A DNA stretch of 64,000 bases from an uncultured bacterium. GTDB lineage: Bacteria > Patescibacteriota > Minisyncoccia > Phycocordibacterales > DATDWN01. Numbering within the stretch: position 1 is the stretch's first letter; every line of letters starts with the position of its first letter. The notes below the pieces were generated by a model. That model saw only the letters and a list, made by a program, of their open reading frames with translations. It did not search any database and was not told the DNA's origin. A program made the position numbers and the translations under genes. The DNA lies in contig CAVSGX010000003.1 in the NCBI GenBank assembly GCA_963727715.1, positions 157 to 64,156 of the forward strand. Direction: 5' to 3'. This document shows positions 1 through 9,354 of the stretch, piece after piece.

Positions 1-622
1 CAACCGTATAAGTTTGTCCATTCAAAATAAAACTTTGCGGTTTGTAAATTTCTTGCGCGTTCCCATCAGTGGTCTGATGATAAATGATCTCTTTTTTCAA
101 TAGGCCTGGATTTTCGTCAGCTTCTCTTAAATAAGCAATCATAATTGGCACTTTAAGAAGAGAAGCTGGTGCATAAGTATTATTTTCGTTGACCCCGGAC
201 CAGTGTCCACTGTCAAGCCCGCGGAAATAAATAGAGATATCTTGCGCATCGCCGTTTCGAATGCTTTGGTTGATATAAGATTGAAATTTATCTTCTATTG
301 GTTTGTACTGACTAAATTGTTTATCTTCGGAAATATTACAAGACAAAAGAGGGTTGATGAAAGTATATCCCCCCTCTCGCACAGCGTAGCTTGTTTGGGT
401 ATGAGGCAAATAATATTTCTGCAAAAAAATTTCCACCACTAAACCAAGACAAAGAAAAACAACCACAATCAGTGTATTTTTTTTATTTATCTTTTCAATC
501 ACCCCCAGATTATAAAAGATATTGTGCTGTAAAGCAACCGTTTTCTATACTCTTAAATATTTTTAGATGTATGATATTTGGTATATAATATGTGGGATTA
601 TTTTTAATGTTTAAAAAATCAT

Positions 623-2101
623 ATGCCTACCATTTCAATTAATAATTGGTTTACAAAATTTTTTCTCATTTCCATTTTTCTATACACGCCTGTTGTTTTT
701 GCTGATGGATCGGTCAGCATTCAATCTCTCTCGCCAGGGCAAACCGACAGAGTTGGCAATGAAGTGACATTTAACATTGTCTCATCTGGTTTTAATAGTG
801 CGATTTCTTATGCAATTTCCGACTCACTTTCCGGGAGCAGTATCTCCTCAAGCAACATTAATTCAAACGGAATTTTTGCTTGGATACCGACGTCTGCTGA
901 TGTTGGCACTCATAATCTGACCATCAATTTGACAGATCAATCCGGTGATTCGGCTACTCTAACAGAACAGCTAATTGTTCCCCTTTTGCCGGTCGTCTCC
1001 ATAAACTCTGTTTCTCCAGGTTCATCAGTAAACGTCGGACAAACCGTCTTCTTTAATGCATCAGCCGTCGGTTTTATCAATCCGCAATATTCAGTGGCGG
1101 ATTCGGTTATGACTTCCAGTTTGACTCCTTCGGCTATAAATTCTTCCGGCGGTTTCAGTTGGACGCCGAAAAATCAAGATGCCGGAAGTCACAGTATTAC
1201 CGTTACGGCCAACGATTATTTGGGTGACAGCGCCAGCGCGACAATCGGTGTAAATGTCGGTGTTGTCTCATCCAGCATACAATCTCTCTCACCCAGCGCG
1301 ACGGTTTTTCTATCTCAAAATGTTACGTTTACTGTCGTTACGACTGGATTTACCAATCCAACCTATACGATTTCCGATTCTCTCTATGGAAGCAGTATCA
1401 ACAGTTTAAACATAGATTACAACGGAAATTTTAGTTGGACACCAAAAAGTCAAGATGTTGGTTCGCATAATATCACCGTAATGGTTAGAGATTCTCTGGG
1501 TAATGTTTCCACGGTATCGCAACCGATAATTGTTTCCGGTACTGGTATTTCAATAAGTTCCATGAGCCCCGGACTCTCAATTACACCCGGAACGATTTTT
1601 GCTTTCATCGCTTCAACCACGGGATTTGTTAATCAATCGGTTTATTCTGTATCTGATTCGTTTGTTGGGACGAGTCTTACAACAAAAAATATAACTGCTG
1701 ACGGAGTTTTCAGTTGGACCCCGATTTTAAGCGACATTGGCACGCATACGATATCGGTTTTCACCTTGGATAATTTTGGTCAAAGTTTAAGAAGTAGTAT
1801 TACTGTAAATGTCGCACAAGCGACGACAACCACCACAACTTTAGGGACAAATTCGGTTGGTAATAACACAACCACAGGAGCACTCAAATATCACTTCTCC
1901 CATCCCCTTTCTGTTGGTTCGAGAGGCGCGGATGTTACAGCTTTGCAAAACTTTTTGATCAGCCAAAAATTTTTCTCCGGCCCGATCAGTGGATATTTTG
2001 GCTCATTGACATTCGCCGCGGTTAAAAAATTTCAAAAAGCCCACAATCTTTCACAGGTTGGTACGGTTGGTCCGCTGACTCGGGCTTTACTCAATCAATA
2101 A
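623..2101 (+). CDS. Cell-surface protein: N-terminal hydrophobic anchor/signal, five tandem Ig-like repeats of about 95 aa, C-terminal peptidoglycan-binding-like domain
   Basis: 492-aa ORF. Hydrophobic N-terminus FTKFFLISIFLYTPVVFA. Repeat unit (SIQSLSPG..VTF..TGF.N..Y.ISDS..GSSI....GNFSWTP...DVGSHNITV) recurs 5 times. C-terminus GSRGADVTALQNFLISQKFF..GYFGSLTFAAVKKFQKAH resembles the PG_binding_1 helical domain. Confidence 0.6.
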   Translation: MPTISINNWFTKFFLISIFLYTPVVFADGSVSIQSLSPGQTDRVGNEVTFNIVSSGFNSAISYAISDSLSGSSISSSNINSNGIFAWIPTSADVGTHNLTINLTDQSGDSATLTEQLIVPLLPVVSINSVSPGSSVNVGQTVFFNASAVGFINPQYSVADSVMTSSLTPSAINSSGGFSWTPKNQDAGSHSITVTANDYLGDSASATIGVNVGVVSSSIQSLSPSATVFLSQNVTFTVVTTGFTNPTYTISDSLYGSSINSLNIDYNGNFSWTPKSQDVGSHNITVMVRDSLGNVSTVSQPIIVSGTGISISSMSPGLSITPGTIFAFIASTTGFVNQSVYSVSDSFVGTSLTTKNITADGVFSWTPILSDIGTHTISVFTLDNFGQSLRSSITVNVAQATTTTTTLGTNSVGNNTTTGALKYHFSHPLSVGSRGADVTALQNFLISQKFFSGPISGYFGSLTFAAVKKFQKAHNLSQVGTVGPLTRALLNQ

Positions 2102-2188
2102 AAAGAATATTCAACTTCAACAAAATTAAACATTAAGAAAGAATCTTCGGCCACAAAACCACGGCAGGTTGTCAAAAAGGAATCTTTA

Positions 2189-2701
2189 ATGTATATTGTA
2201 ATAGTTCCCTATTGGTCAATGACACTTCATATGATTTCCAACCCATTTTTTTTCATTTACATATTGGCTGTTATCGTTTTGCTTTTTATAGTTTGGATTA
2301 TTCGTTTGGAAATAAAAATGAGAAAGCTTTTGCGTGGTGGAAATGGAAAATCTTTGGAAGAAATTATCAATCAAGCTCATAATTCCATTTCTAATTTGCA
2401 GGAATTTCAAAAAGATTCCATTGAATATTTTCATAGTGTGGAAAATCGTTTACGATCCAGTGTGCAGGCGGTAGAGACAATTCGTTTCAATCCTTTCAAA
2501 GGCACTGGAGACGGTGGCAACCAAAGTTTTTGCACAGCCTTTGTCAACGAAAAAGGCGACGGGGCTATAATTTCCAGTCTCTATTCGCGCGACAGAGTCA
2601 GTGTTTTCTCCAAACCGCTTGCTGGTTTTGAAAGTTCGTTTGAGCTGACAGACGAAGAAAAAGAAGTTTTACAAACAGCCAAAGCCAAACTTAAAAATTG
2701 A
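2189..2701 (+). CDS. Hypothetical membrane protein (N-terminal TM; conserved RFNPF.G.GG.QSF.. motif; possibly DUF4446-like)
   Basis: 170-aa ORF; one strong TM helix (FFFIYILAVIVLLFIVWII), then a soluble domain; family assignment is from memory only. Confidence 0.35.
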   Translation: MYIVIVPYWSMTLHMISNPFFFIYILAVIVLLFIVWIIRLEIKMRKLLRGGNGKSLEEIINQAHNSISNLQEFQKDSIEYFHSVENRLRSSVQAVETIRFNPFKGTGDGGNQSFCTAFVNEKGDGAIISSLYSRDRVSVFSKPLAGFESSFELTDEEKEVLQTAKAKLKN

Positions 2702-2763
2702 ATTTTAAAAAACGGTGAGTATAAAAATTTTCATCGAATTGTTTTTAAATCTGATTTAATTTT

Positions 2764-4266
2764 ATGAATCAACCGGACACAAACAATCAAATAGAAAGAC
2801 CACCCATTGTAGCCATGATGGGACATATCGATCACGGTAAATCAACCCTGCTTTCTTACATAAGAAAAAATTCAAAATCACTTGATGAGGCCGGCGGTAT
2901 TACACAGCACATCTCGGCCTATGAAATAGAGCACAAAGACGAAAACGGTCGCAACAGAAAAATCACCTTTCTAGATACGCCGGGACACGAAGCTTTTTGT
3001 GGCATTAGAACGCGTGGAGCCAAAATTGCAGATATCGCAGTTTTAGTTGTCTCAGCCGAGGACGGTGTCAAACCGCAAACATTGGAAGCTTTGCGTTCCA
3101 TTGAATGTGAAAAAACGCCATACATTGTGGCTGTAAACAAAATTGATAAAAATGGTGCTGACATTGTTCGCACAAAACAATCTCTAGCCGAGAACAATAT
3201 TTTTGTTGAGGGTTATGGTGGAGATGTGCCGGTGGTTTCTGTTTCCGGCAAGACCGGAGAAGGAATTCCGGAGCTTTTGGATATGATTTTGCTTATGACC
3301 GATCTCTCCGACTTGAAAGCCGATCCAAACGCAATGGGTCAAGGAGTGGTTATCGAAAGCAATTTGGATTCAAAAAAAGGAATATCAGCTACTTGTGTTA
3401 TAAAAAACGGCACTGTCACAAAAGGCAAATATATCGCCTCCGGAGAAAGTTGCGCTCCGATTCGCATTATGGAAAATTATCTTGGAGGACAAATAAATTC
3501 GGCCAGTTTTTCCAGTCCGGTTAAAATAATCGGCTGGGATCTCATTCCTTCGGCTGGCGCTGAATTTTTTGTTTTTGATACGCGCGATGAAGCTCTTTCG
3601 TATGTTGAAAAAGAAAAACAAAAAAAATCAAAAGAGGACAATTCAAATATCAAAACTCCGGCGATAGAAATCCCAATCATTGTCAAAGCTGACACCGGCG
3701 GCAGTTTAGAAGCTGTTTTGTATGAAGCAAGAAAATTAGCAACAGACGAAATCGGATTAAAAGTTATTTTCTCCGGCATCGGCACAGTTTCAGAAAATGA
3801 TATTCGTTTGGCCCAAGGAGAAACCAAGGCCACGATTGTTTGTTTTAATGTTAAAACAGAAACTTTGGCCAAAAATTTTGCCGAGCGCTCTGGTATTGAA
3901 ATCAAATCTTTTGATGTTATTTATAAAATGATTGAGTGGATGGAAAATTTTCTTTCATCGCAGAAACCAAAAGTTTTGGAAAATCAACTTGTCGGTTCGG
4001 CGAAAGTTTTAAAAACTTTCAGTCGTGTCAAAGATAAGCAGATCATCGGATGTCTGGTTCAAAACGGGGTTATTTCAACCGGTGGAACGGTCAGCATAAA
4101 AAGAAGAGAAGCCGAAATAGGACAGGGCAAGATCCGCGGTCTAGAACAACAGAAAAAGAAAACCGACAGTGTCAGTCAAGGAACAGAATTTGGCGCTTTG
4201 GTTGAAGCCAAAGTGGAGATTGCCGTCGGAGATATTATTGAAAGTTTTACGGTGTCTGAAAAATAA
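2764..4266 (+). CDS. infB: Translation initiation factor IF-2 (short form, G domain onward)
   Basis: G1 AMMGHIDHGKSTLL, G3 DTPGHEAF, G4 NKIDK; C-terminal beta-barrel domains; followed immediately by rbfA. Confidence 0.9.
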   Translation: MNQPDTNNQIERPPIVAMMGHIDHGKSTLLSYIRKNSKSLDEAGGITQHISAYEIEHKDENGRNRKITFLDTPGHEAFCGIRTRGAKIADIAVLVVSAEDGVKPQTLEALRSIECEKTPYIVAVNKIDKNGADIVRTKQSLAENNIFVEGYGGDVPVVSVSGKTGEGIPELLDMILLMTDLSDLKADPNAMGQGVVIESNLDSKKGISATCVIKNGTVTKGKYIASGESCAPIRIMENYLGGQINSASFSSPVKIIGWDLIPSAGAEFFVFDTRDEALSYVEKEKQKKSKEDNSNIKTPAIEIPIIVKADTGGSLEAVLYEARKLATDEIGLKVIFSGIGTVSENDIRLAQGETKATIVCFNVKTETLAKNFAERSGIEIKSFDVIYKMIEWMENFLSSQKPKVLENQLVGSAKVLKTFSRVKDKQIIGCLVQNGVISTGGTVSIKRREAEIGQGKIRGLEQQKKKTDSVSQGTEFGALVEAKVEIAVGDIIESFTVSEK

Positions 4267-4593
4267 ATGTCGAATATTCACACCAGCCGAAAAAAAGAAA
4301 TCATACGCGATTTGAGCGCGCGTTTTTTGAATGAGGAAGGCAACGGCGCTTCTCTCATTACAGTCACCGGAGTAGAGATGTCAAAAGACGAAAAATATGC
4401 TAACATTTTTTTTACGGTTTTCCCGGATGCGCAGGAGAAGACGGCTTTGGAATTTGCCAAGCGCAAGCGCAGTGAATTTAAAAGTTTTGTGCGTCAAAAC
4501 TCAACGCTTGGCAGAATTCCATTCTTTGATTTCTGTCTGGATCTCGGCGAAAAAAATCGTCAGAAAATCGACAGTTTGTTGAATCAAAAATAA
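4267..4593 (+). CDS. rbfA: Ribosome-binding factor A
   Basis: 108 aa; ATG directly after the infB stop; RbfA-like VTGVEMSKDEKYANIFFTVF segment; conserved infB-rbfA order. Confidence 0.75.
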   Translation: MSNIHTSRKKEIIRDLSARFLNEEGNGASLITVTGVEMSKDEKYANIFFTVFPDAQEKTALEFAKRKRSEFKSFVRQNSTLGRIPFFDFCLDLGEKNRQKIDSLLNQK

Positions 4594-4665
4594 GGCCTGG
4601 TCGTCAAGTAGTAAGACATAGATCTGCAAAATCTATACACGCGGGTGCAATTCCCGCCCAGGCCT
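4594..4665 (+). tRNA. Candidate tRNA-Cys (anticodon GCA) with noncanonical T-loop
   Basis: Manual fold: acceptor GGCCTGG/CCAGGCC, anticodon arm TAGAT-CTGCAAA-ATCTA (GCA), T-arm GCGGG-TGCAATT-CCCGC, discriminator U73 (a Cys identity element). G at position 55 and a D-loop without GG are atypical. Starts 1 nt after the rbfA stop. Confidence 0.4.
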
Positions 4666-4698
4666 CAAGAAAAAGCAAAACTTTTTCTCTTGCAATTT

Positions 4699-4783
4699 GC
4701 CCGAGTGGCGGAACTGGTATACGCGCACGACTTAAAATCGTGTCTCGAAAGGGATGTGGGTTCGATTCCCACCTCGGGCACCA
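4699..4783 (+). tRNA. tRNA-Leu (anticodon UAA)
   Basis: Acceptor GCCCGAG/CTCGGGC, anticodon arm CACGA-CTTAAAA-TCGTG, long variable arm, T-arm TGGGT-TCGATTC-CCACC, encoded CCA. Confidence 0.85.
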
Positions 4784-4883
4784 AAATAGAACTCAACGGT
4801 TTTCGATCCCAGACAAAAAGCAATAACATTGCTTTTTTCTGAGTCACAAATTAAAAACTGCCTTAACAGCAGTTTTTAATTTG

Positions 4884-4956
4884 TGCACCCAGCAGGGATC
4901 GAACCTGCGACCTTCTCCTTAAGAGGGAGTTACTCTACCAGCTGAGTTATGGGTGC
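4884..4956 (-). tRNA. tRNA-Lys (anticodon CUU)
   Basis: Reverse complement folds: acceptor GCACCCA/TGGGTGC, D-arm ACTC-AGCTGGTA-GAGT, anticodon loop CTCTTAA, T-arm GCAGG-TTCGATC-CCTGC. Confidence 0.8.
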
Positions 4957-5044
4957 TCGGTAAATTAGATTTCATATTAGCATAAATAATTCAAATCATA
5001 AAATACTTTATATTTTTTATTTATTAGTGTAATGTAAATACATC

Positions 5045-5125
5045 GGGCGAGTGGTGAAATGGCAGACACACCAGCTTTAGGAGCTGGTGCCGCAAGGCAT
5101 GGGAGTTCAAGTCTCCCCTCGCCCA
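5045..5125 (+). tRNA. tRNA-Leu (anticodon UAG)
   Basis: Acceptor GGGCGAG/CTCGCCC, anticodon arm CCAGC-TTTAGGA-GCTGG, long variable arm TGCCGCAAGGCAT, T-arm GGGAG-TTCAAGT-CTCCC. Confidence 0.8.
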
Positions 5126-5290
5126 CAAAAAACAAACTGCATTAGCGATTTTTGATTCCTATCTCAATCCCATATTCCATCCTTATTTAAAGTTATATTT
5201 TTTGTAGTCCAAAACCTTGACTTTTTATTGTTTTTATGATAGCATCTAATCAGGTGTCAGTTCTTTGACACTTGAAAGGAAAAGAGAAAA

Positions 5291-6505
5291 ATGCGAAAGT
5301 TTTGGGTGACCCTATTTGTTTCTGTCATCTTGGCTGTGCTTGCCTACGGGTTGAGCGAGTTAAGCGACGGAGAAGTATCATTCTTGGCGATGTTTTTCTG
5401 CGAAGTTGTGATCTGCGCAGTATGCACGATTAGCTTCTGGAAACTCGCCGAACACGATATCATTTTTGGTTTCTTCTCGAGTAACCAAATTGCTATTGTA
5501 GAATCTGGAGAAAAGCCGGTCAAACTGATCGGTATACCAACAGAAGGAAAGTCCATCCAAGGACTCAAAGTCCTGTCAGGTGAACAGAAACCAAACTGGT
5601 GGAATCCTTTTGAGATATGGTTCAACATGTTCTTCATTGGTCTGCCATGGAGAAGAATAAAGAGATTTATCCTCATCCATGAAAGATTCAGCAAAGAAGA
5701 ATTACCAAGGGGTGCCTCGCCGACAAAGTATATTGTTGCGGATCCAGAAGACGAACATCCGGCGGAACGATTTTTGCTCGGTAATTCTTTGCACGATTTC
5801 ATCGTGCCAGATATTGAGCTTGCCGAGGGATACTCGGCGCACATCAAAGTAACCGGCGAACTGGATCTGGAAGATCCGATTATCTCCGTCTACAGGAGAG
5901 CTGGAAGTTCACCTCACAAAGATGGTCTCTACAAGGTTAACTTCTACGGGCCAATCGGCGATGTGGTCAACACAGCCGTCGACAATGCCTGCAGAGGCAT
6001 GGGCTACTACCCGTCTGATCCAAAACCGGTAGACCCGAACATACCTCAACCAATTCTCTCAGACAAAGAATCACTCAATAAGAATGGTTTTTTGGCTGCA
6101 GACAAGTCCAGCCAAGGCACCCTATGCCAGATTATTTTGAAAGAAATCGCGGCCTCGGTGCGCCAACTCAGCGGGTATAATGTGATAAGAGTCTTTATCC
6201 CTGGGTGGGATCTGACAACAGACGAACAACGAGATCTCGTGCAACAGCGTGAACGTGCCAGAATCACTCGCGATGTCAAGCTTCTGGAAGCTGAAGGTGA
6301 GAATGCTGGGACGGTCAATCTCATGGCAGCCATGAAGAAGGAGTACCCAAATGCCACTGACTCTGAGTTGGCTCAGAGAGTGACTGAATTGGAAATCTCC
6401 AGAAACATTGCCGGGATGCCAAACCTTACGGTCTACGCTCCTGGTGCTAATTTAGCGGTCAGTACGCCACAACAGAGTGGCAACAAGAAAGGATCTGGCA
6501 AATGA
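5291..6505 (+). CDS. SPFH/band-7-like (stomatin/flotillin/HflKC-like) membrane protein
   Basis: 404 aa. Two N-terminal TM helices, then a soluble domain whose C-terminal part (VIRVFIPGWDLTTDEQRDLVQQRERARITRDVKLLEAEGENAG) resembles the SPFH coiled-coil region (..ERE.RA.I..AEGE..A). Stop overlaps the next start (ATGA). Confidence 0.45.
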   Translation: MRKFWVTLFVSVILAVLAYGLSELSDGEVSFLAMFFCEVVICAVCTISFWKLAEHDIIFGFFSSNQIAIVESGEKPVKLIGIPTEGKSIQGLKVLSGEQKPNWWNPFEIWFNMFFIGLPWRRIKRFILIHERFSKEELPRGASPTKYIVADPEDEHPAERFLLGNSLHDFIVPDIELAEGYSAHIKVTGELDLEDPIISVYRRAGSSPHKDGLYKVNFYGPIGDVVNTAVDNACRGMGYYPSDPKPVDPNIPQPILSDKESLNKNGFLAADKSSQGTLCQIILKEIAASVRQLSGYNVIRVFIPGWDLTTDEQRDLVQQRERARITRDVKLLEAEGENAGTVNLMAAMKKEYPNATDSELAQRVTELEISRNIAGMPNLTVYAPGANLAVSTPQQSGNKKGSGK

Positions 6506-7632
6506 GCTTCGTTAATTGGGTTATTCTTATAGCTCTGGCCTCACTCTTTTTTGGCCTCTGCTACCTGTTGAACTGGTTGCGTGGAAAGTTCCTAGTAGTT
6601 GACACCTACTGGAAAAACGGCACAATTTGGGCTTTTCTGGCTGTCATACTTGTCCACATGGGCATCTGGTGGCTGTGGCCCGAATTCTGGCATGAGTGGT
6701 GGTCAAGGTCAGGTTTTTTGTTCTTCCAGATTCTGGTTGGGGTAGGATTCTACCTCAGACTCGGTTTGAAAGACAAGAAATTCCTAAGGCACCTTGGGCT
6801 TATCCTTATCGCACTTGGGGTGGTTGGCATCGGCTGGAACATTTACTCCGCTTTGCGGGTTCATCGTTCGGCCACAGAAGTGATGTCACCTGCGGAATTA
6901 AAAAACCTCCCGAAACAGAATTGGGACGGAGAACAAAAGGTGACCAGGTTCTGGAAGAACCATCTGCCGGAAGAGTCTGCTCTGGCGATATTGCGAATCG
7001 TCAGACGTCAGTCCGGCTTCAACCAGTTTGGCGAAAATGGTAAGCCATACCGCAATCCGGCAAACCCGTCAAAGGTCGGGGTGATGCAGATTGACGACTC
7101 GATTTGGTCCGAAAGGGCTCGCGAGCTCGAATATAATCTGTACGAGATGGATGGGAACCTCCGCTTCGCGCTCTGGCTCTACAAGGAGCAAGGGTTTGCG
7201 CCCTGGCTCGGGAATAGTCAGACCACGCTTGATTCAGCCAAACAGGTTTCGTCGGCTATTGGTGATGCTTTCAGTAGCAAACCGAAGGCCGACGAGCGAC
7301 AGGCCAAAAGAATTCGGGACTTTCTGGACAGAAACAGGACAGATAATCCCGAGGTCTTGACGCGGTTGATTCGGACCATAGAAATGTGGCCGACAATGAT
7401 CGGACCACGTTCTCGGGTTGTCAACATTCCGGCCACCGGCTGGAGTGAAAAGATCGCAATCGGAAAAACTCCGATGCGAATCCGTCCGTCAGAAGACATG
7501 GTCGTGTCAGACGACCATGGCAGAGAATATCCAATCTCTGTCATCAATCCGAACTGGAACTTTCCCCCTACCGAATGGGTGAGATACCGGTCGGTCTCTG
7601 GCAAGCCAGCCATCGTGCTGGTCAGCCCATGA
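6502..7632 (+). CDS. Polytopic membrane protein (4 TM) with C-terminal SLT/lysozyme-like domain; catalytic Glu replaced by Gln
   Basis: 376 aa. Segment ALAILRIVRRQSGFNQFGENG..PSKVGVMQIDDSIW..EYNLYEMDGNLRFALWLY matches SLT family-1 motifs (ES-GFNP, GLMQI, Y..DP.NI) but has RRQSGFN where RQESGFN is expected. Confidence 0.45.
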   Translation: MSFVNWVILIALASLFFGLCYLLNWLRGKFLVVDTYWKNGTIWAFLAVILVHMGIWWLWPEFWHEWWSRSGFLFFQILVGVGFYLRLGLKDKKFLRHLGLILIALGVVGIGWNIYSALRVHRSATEVMSPAELKNLPKQNWDGEQKVTRFWKNHLPEESALAILRIVRRQSGFNQFGENGKPYRNPANPSKVGVMQIDDSIWSERARELEYNLYEMDGNLRFALWLYKEQGFAPWLGNSQTTLDSAKQVSSAIGDAFSSKPKADERQAKRIRDFLDRNRTDNPEVLTRLIRTIEMWPTMIGPRSRVVNIPATGWSEKIAIGKTPMRIRPSEDMVVSDDHGREYPISVINPNWNFPPTEWVRYRSVSGKPAIVLVSP

Positions 7633-7652
7633 TCCTTTCAAGTGAAATTAAC

Positions 7653-7690
7653 AGTCGCGTGGCCAAATGGTTGCGCGACTTTTCTTTTAC
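7653..7690 (+). terminator. Rho-independent terminator after the SLT-like gene
   Basis: 7-bp stem AGTCGCG/CGCGACT, 12-nt loop, followed by TTTTCTTTT. Confidence 0.5.
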
Positions 7691-7764
7691 CCCGTAGTAG
7701 ATTTTTACAAACAAAACACCCGACCATTGGCCGAGTGTTTTTTTTAGACAAATTAACTGTCTGA

Positions 7765-8049
7765 TTACAACTTTGTTCCTATAAATGGCACATTGGTGGT
7801 ATTGGGAGTTACGCCGAAGGTATTCAAGACAAAACTGATGATACCATAAACCGAAAACATTATGAGCATTCCAACCAGTCCCCAAATGATAGCGTCCCGC
7901 GCCTCCACCTTCTTGCTATCCGAAGGTTCTAATCTCAAATATTCCACTATGCCATAGATGAAATAAACAGTGGCGACGGCGAAAAGAAGCAGAATAATCG
8001 GATTCAAAATCTCGGCGTCTACATTTTGTAGAAACTTGGTAATGTCCAT
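7765..8049 (-). CDS. VirB2/TrbC-like (T4SS-type) pilin paralog A (no obvious signal peptide)
   Basis: 94 aa; two hydrophobic helices separated by the loop YLRLEPSDSKKVEARDAIIWG; same architecture as the five paralogs downstream. Confidence 0.5.
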   Translation of the reverse strand: MDITKFLQNVDAEILNPIILLLFAVATVYFIYGIVEYLRLEPSDSKKVEARDAIIWGLVGMLIMFSVYGIISFVLNTFGVTPNTTNVPFIGTKL

Positions 8050-8064
8050 TTATGTGAGAATGAA

Positions 8065-8421
8065 TTATAGACCGGTAACTGTAGGAGGCTGAAGACCATT
8101 GTTGTCGCTCTTGACTCCGAATATTCCTGTCAGCCAACTGACCAAACCAAACAGAGCGGCCATAACAGCTATGGCAACAACACCCCAGATCATAATACCG
8201 CGTCCTTCCTTGGCTTTTTCCGGGTCGCCGGCAGATCCGATGTATTTTATTAAACCCCAGAAGAAATAAATAATAGCCAATCCGAACATTATAGGAATCA
8301 AATCCTTAACAATTGTGCCGAGACCAGTAACCCAACTCTGTATATAACTAGTACCGGTTTGATTTTGAGCTAAGGCCAAAACTGGTCCAAAAGCTAACAA
8401 ACCATAAAAAATTCTTTTCAT
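8065..8421 (-). CDS. VirB2/TrbC-like pilin paralog B
   Basis: Start trimmed to MKRIFYG. Signal peptide MKRIFYGLLAFGPVLALA, then Q; two TM helices; loop IGSAGDPEKAKEGRGIMIWG. Confidence 0.55.
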   Translation of the reverse strand: MKRIFYGLLAFGPVLALAQNQTGTSYIQSWVTGLGTIVKDLIPIMFGLAIIYFFWGLIKYIGSAGDPEKAKEGRGIMIWGVVAIAVMAALFGLVSWLTGIFGVKSDNNGLQPPTVTGL

Positions 8422-8563
8422 TATTTTTTTGTTATTAATAATTAATAAAATCTTAAAACTAATAGTAAACGCGCTAAACACCGACCACGCTTTTACGAAT
8501 ATACCTATATTATATATCAAAAAAGCCAAAAAACAAGGGGCTGTGGATAAAAATTCACCATAA

Positions 8564-8986
8564 TCAATTTCCAGTACAAGGCCCTCCTTCATCTCCGACA
8601 TTGCCCGAAACAAAGCAAGGTGTGCTACCGCCGGATACACCATTACCGGAGCCGGAGGCGTTAGATTGCTGTGTACCAACCACCAAGCTTCCGACCAGAG
8701 AAATTACACCAGCCAGAGAAAATATGACGGCTATGGCTACAATCCCCCACATTATTTTCAATCTGCCTTCTCTGCGTGCTTCCTCCTCTCCGGAATGCAA
8801 AATGAACTGTCCGACACCCCAGAAAAAGTAAACCACGGCCAAACCGGCCATAACAGGCAGTATACTGCCGACGATTTTGCCTGTGGATGTCAGTAAATCT
8901 TTAACCCCGTTTGAATTGGCGGCCGAGGAAACTGCCGGCAAGAACAAGCAAAACGACAGGATAATTGGATACAATTTTCTTTTCAT
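8564..8986 (-). CDS. VirB2/TrbC-like pilin paralog C with Gly/Ser-rich Cys-containing C-terminal tail
   Basis: 140 aa; signal peptide; two TM helices; loop HSGEEEARREGRLKIMWG; C-terminus GSGNGVSGGSTPCFVSGNVGDEGGPC. Confidence 0.55.
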   Translation of the reverse strand: MKRKLYPIILSFCLFLPAVSSAANSNGVKDLLTSTGKIVGSILPVMAGLAVVYFFWGVGQFILHSGEEEARREGRLKIMWGIVAIAVIFSLAGVISLVGSLVVGTQQSNASGSGNGVSGGSTPCFVSGNVGDEGGPCTGN

Positions 8987-9003
8987 ATTTTATAAATAAT
9001 AAA

Positions 9004-9354
9004 TTACGGCAAAAGCGAACCACTCTCACTCGGAGAGGAAAAACCAAAAGTGTTGGTGGCTATGCCGATGATGGCCACATAGGAAGTTAGAATGAACAGA
9101 ACCAAAATGCCCCACATCATATATTCTTTGCCTGTTTTCAATAATTTTTCGTCTCCGGCTGAAATGACATATTTGGTCAATCCCCAAATGAAAACAATAA
9201 AAGCCAGAGCGAAAAGTATCGGTATGAGAAGATTAATCAAACTAATAACATAAGAGACGATGTCGCTAAATGAGCTGTTTTCCAAACTGAAACCTTGAGC
9301 CGAAACAAGCAAAGGAGAGAAATATAAAATTGGCAAAATAAAATATTTTTTCAT
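9004..9354 (-). CDS. VirB2/TrbC-like pilin paralog D
   Basis: Start trimmed to MKKYFILPIL (overlaps the stop of paralog E, ATGA). Signal peptide ends VSA then Q; loop ISAGDEKLLKTGKEYMMWG. Confidence 0.55.
   Translation of the reverse strand: MKKYFILPILYFSPLLVSAQGFSLENSSFSDIVSYVISLINLLIPILFALAFIVFIWGLTKYVISAGDEKLLKTGKEYMMWGILVLFILTSYVAIIGIATNTFGFSSPSESGSLLP

Noticed and set aside
4645-4847. ORFs of 65/60 aa overlapping the tRNA-Leu and tRNA-Lys region
   Set aside because: They are translations of tRNA genes, hence artefacts
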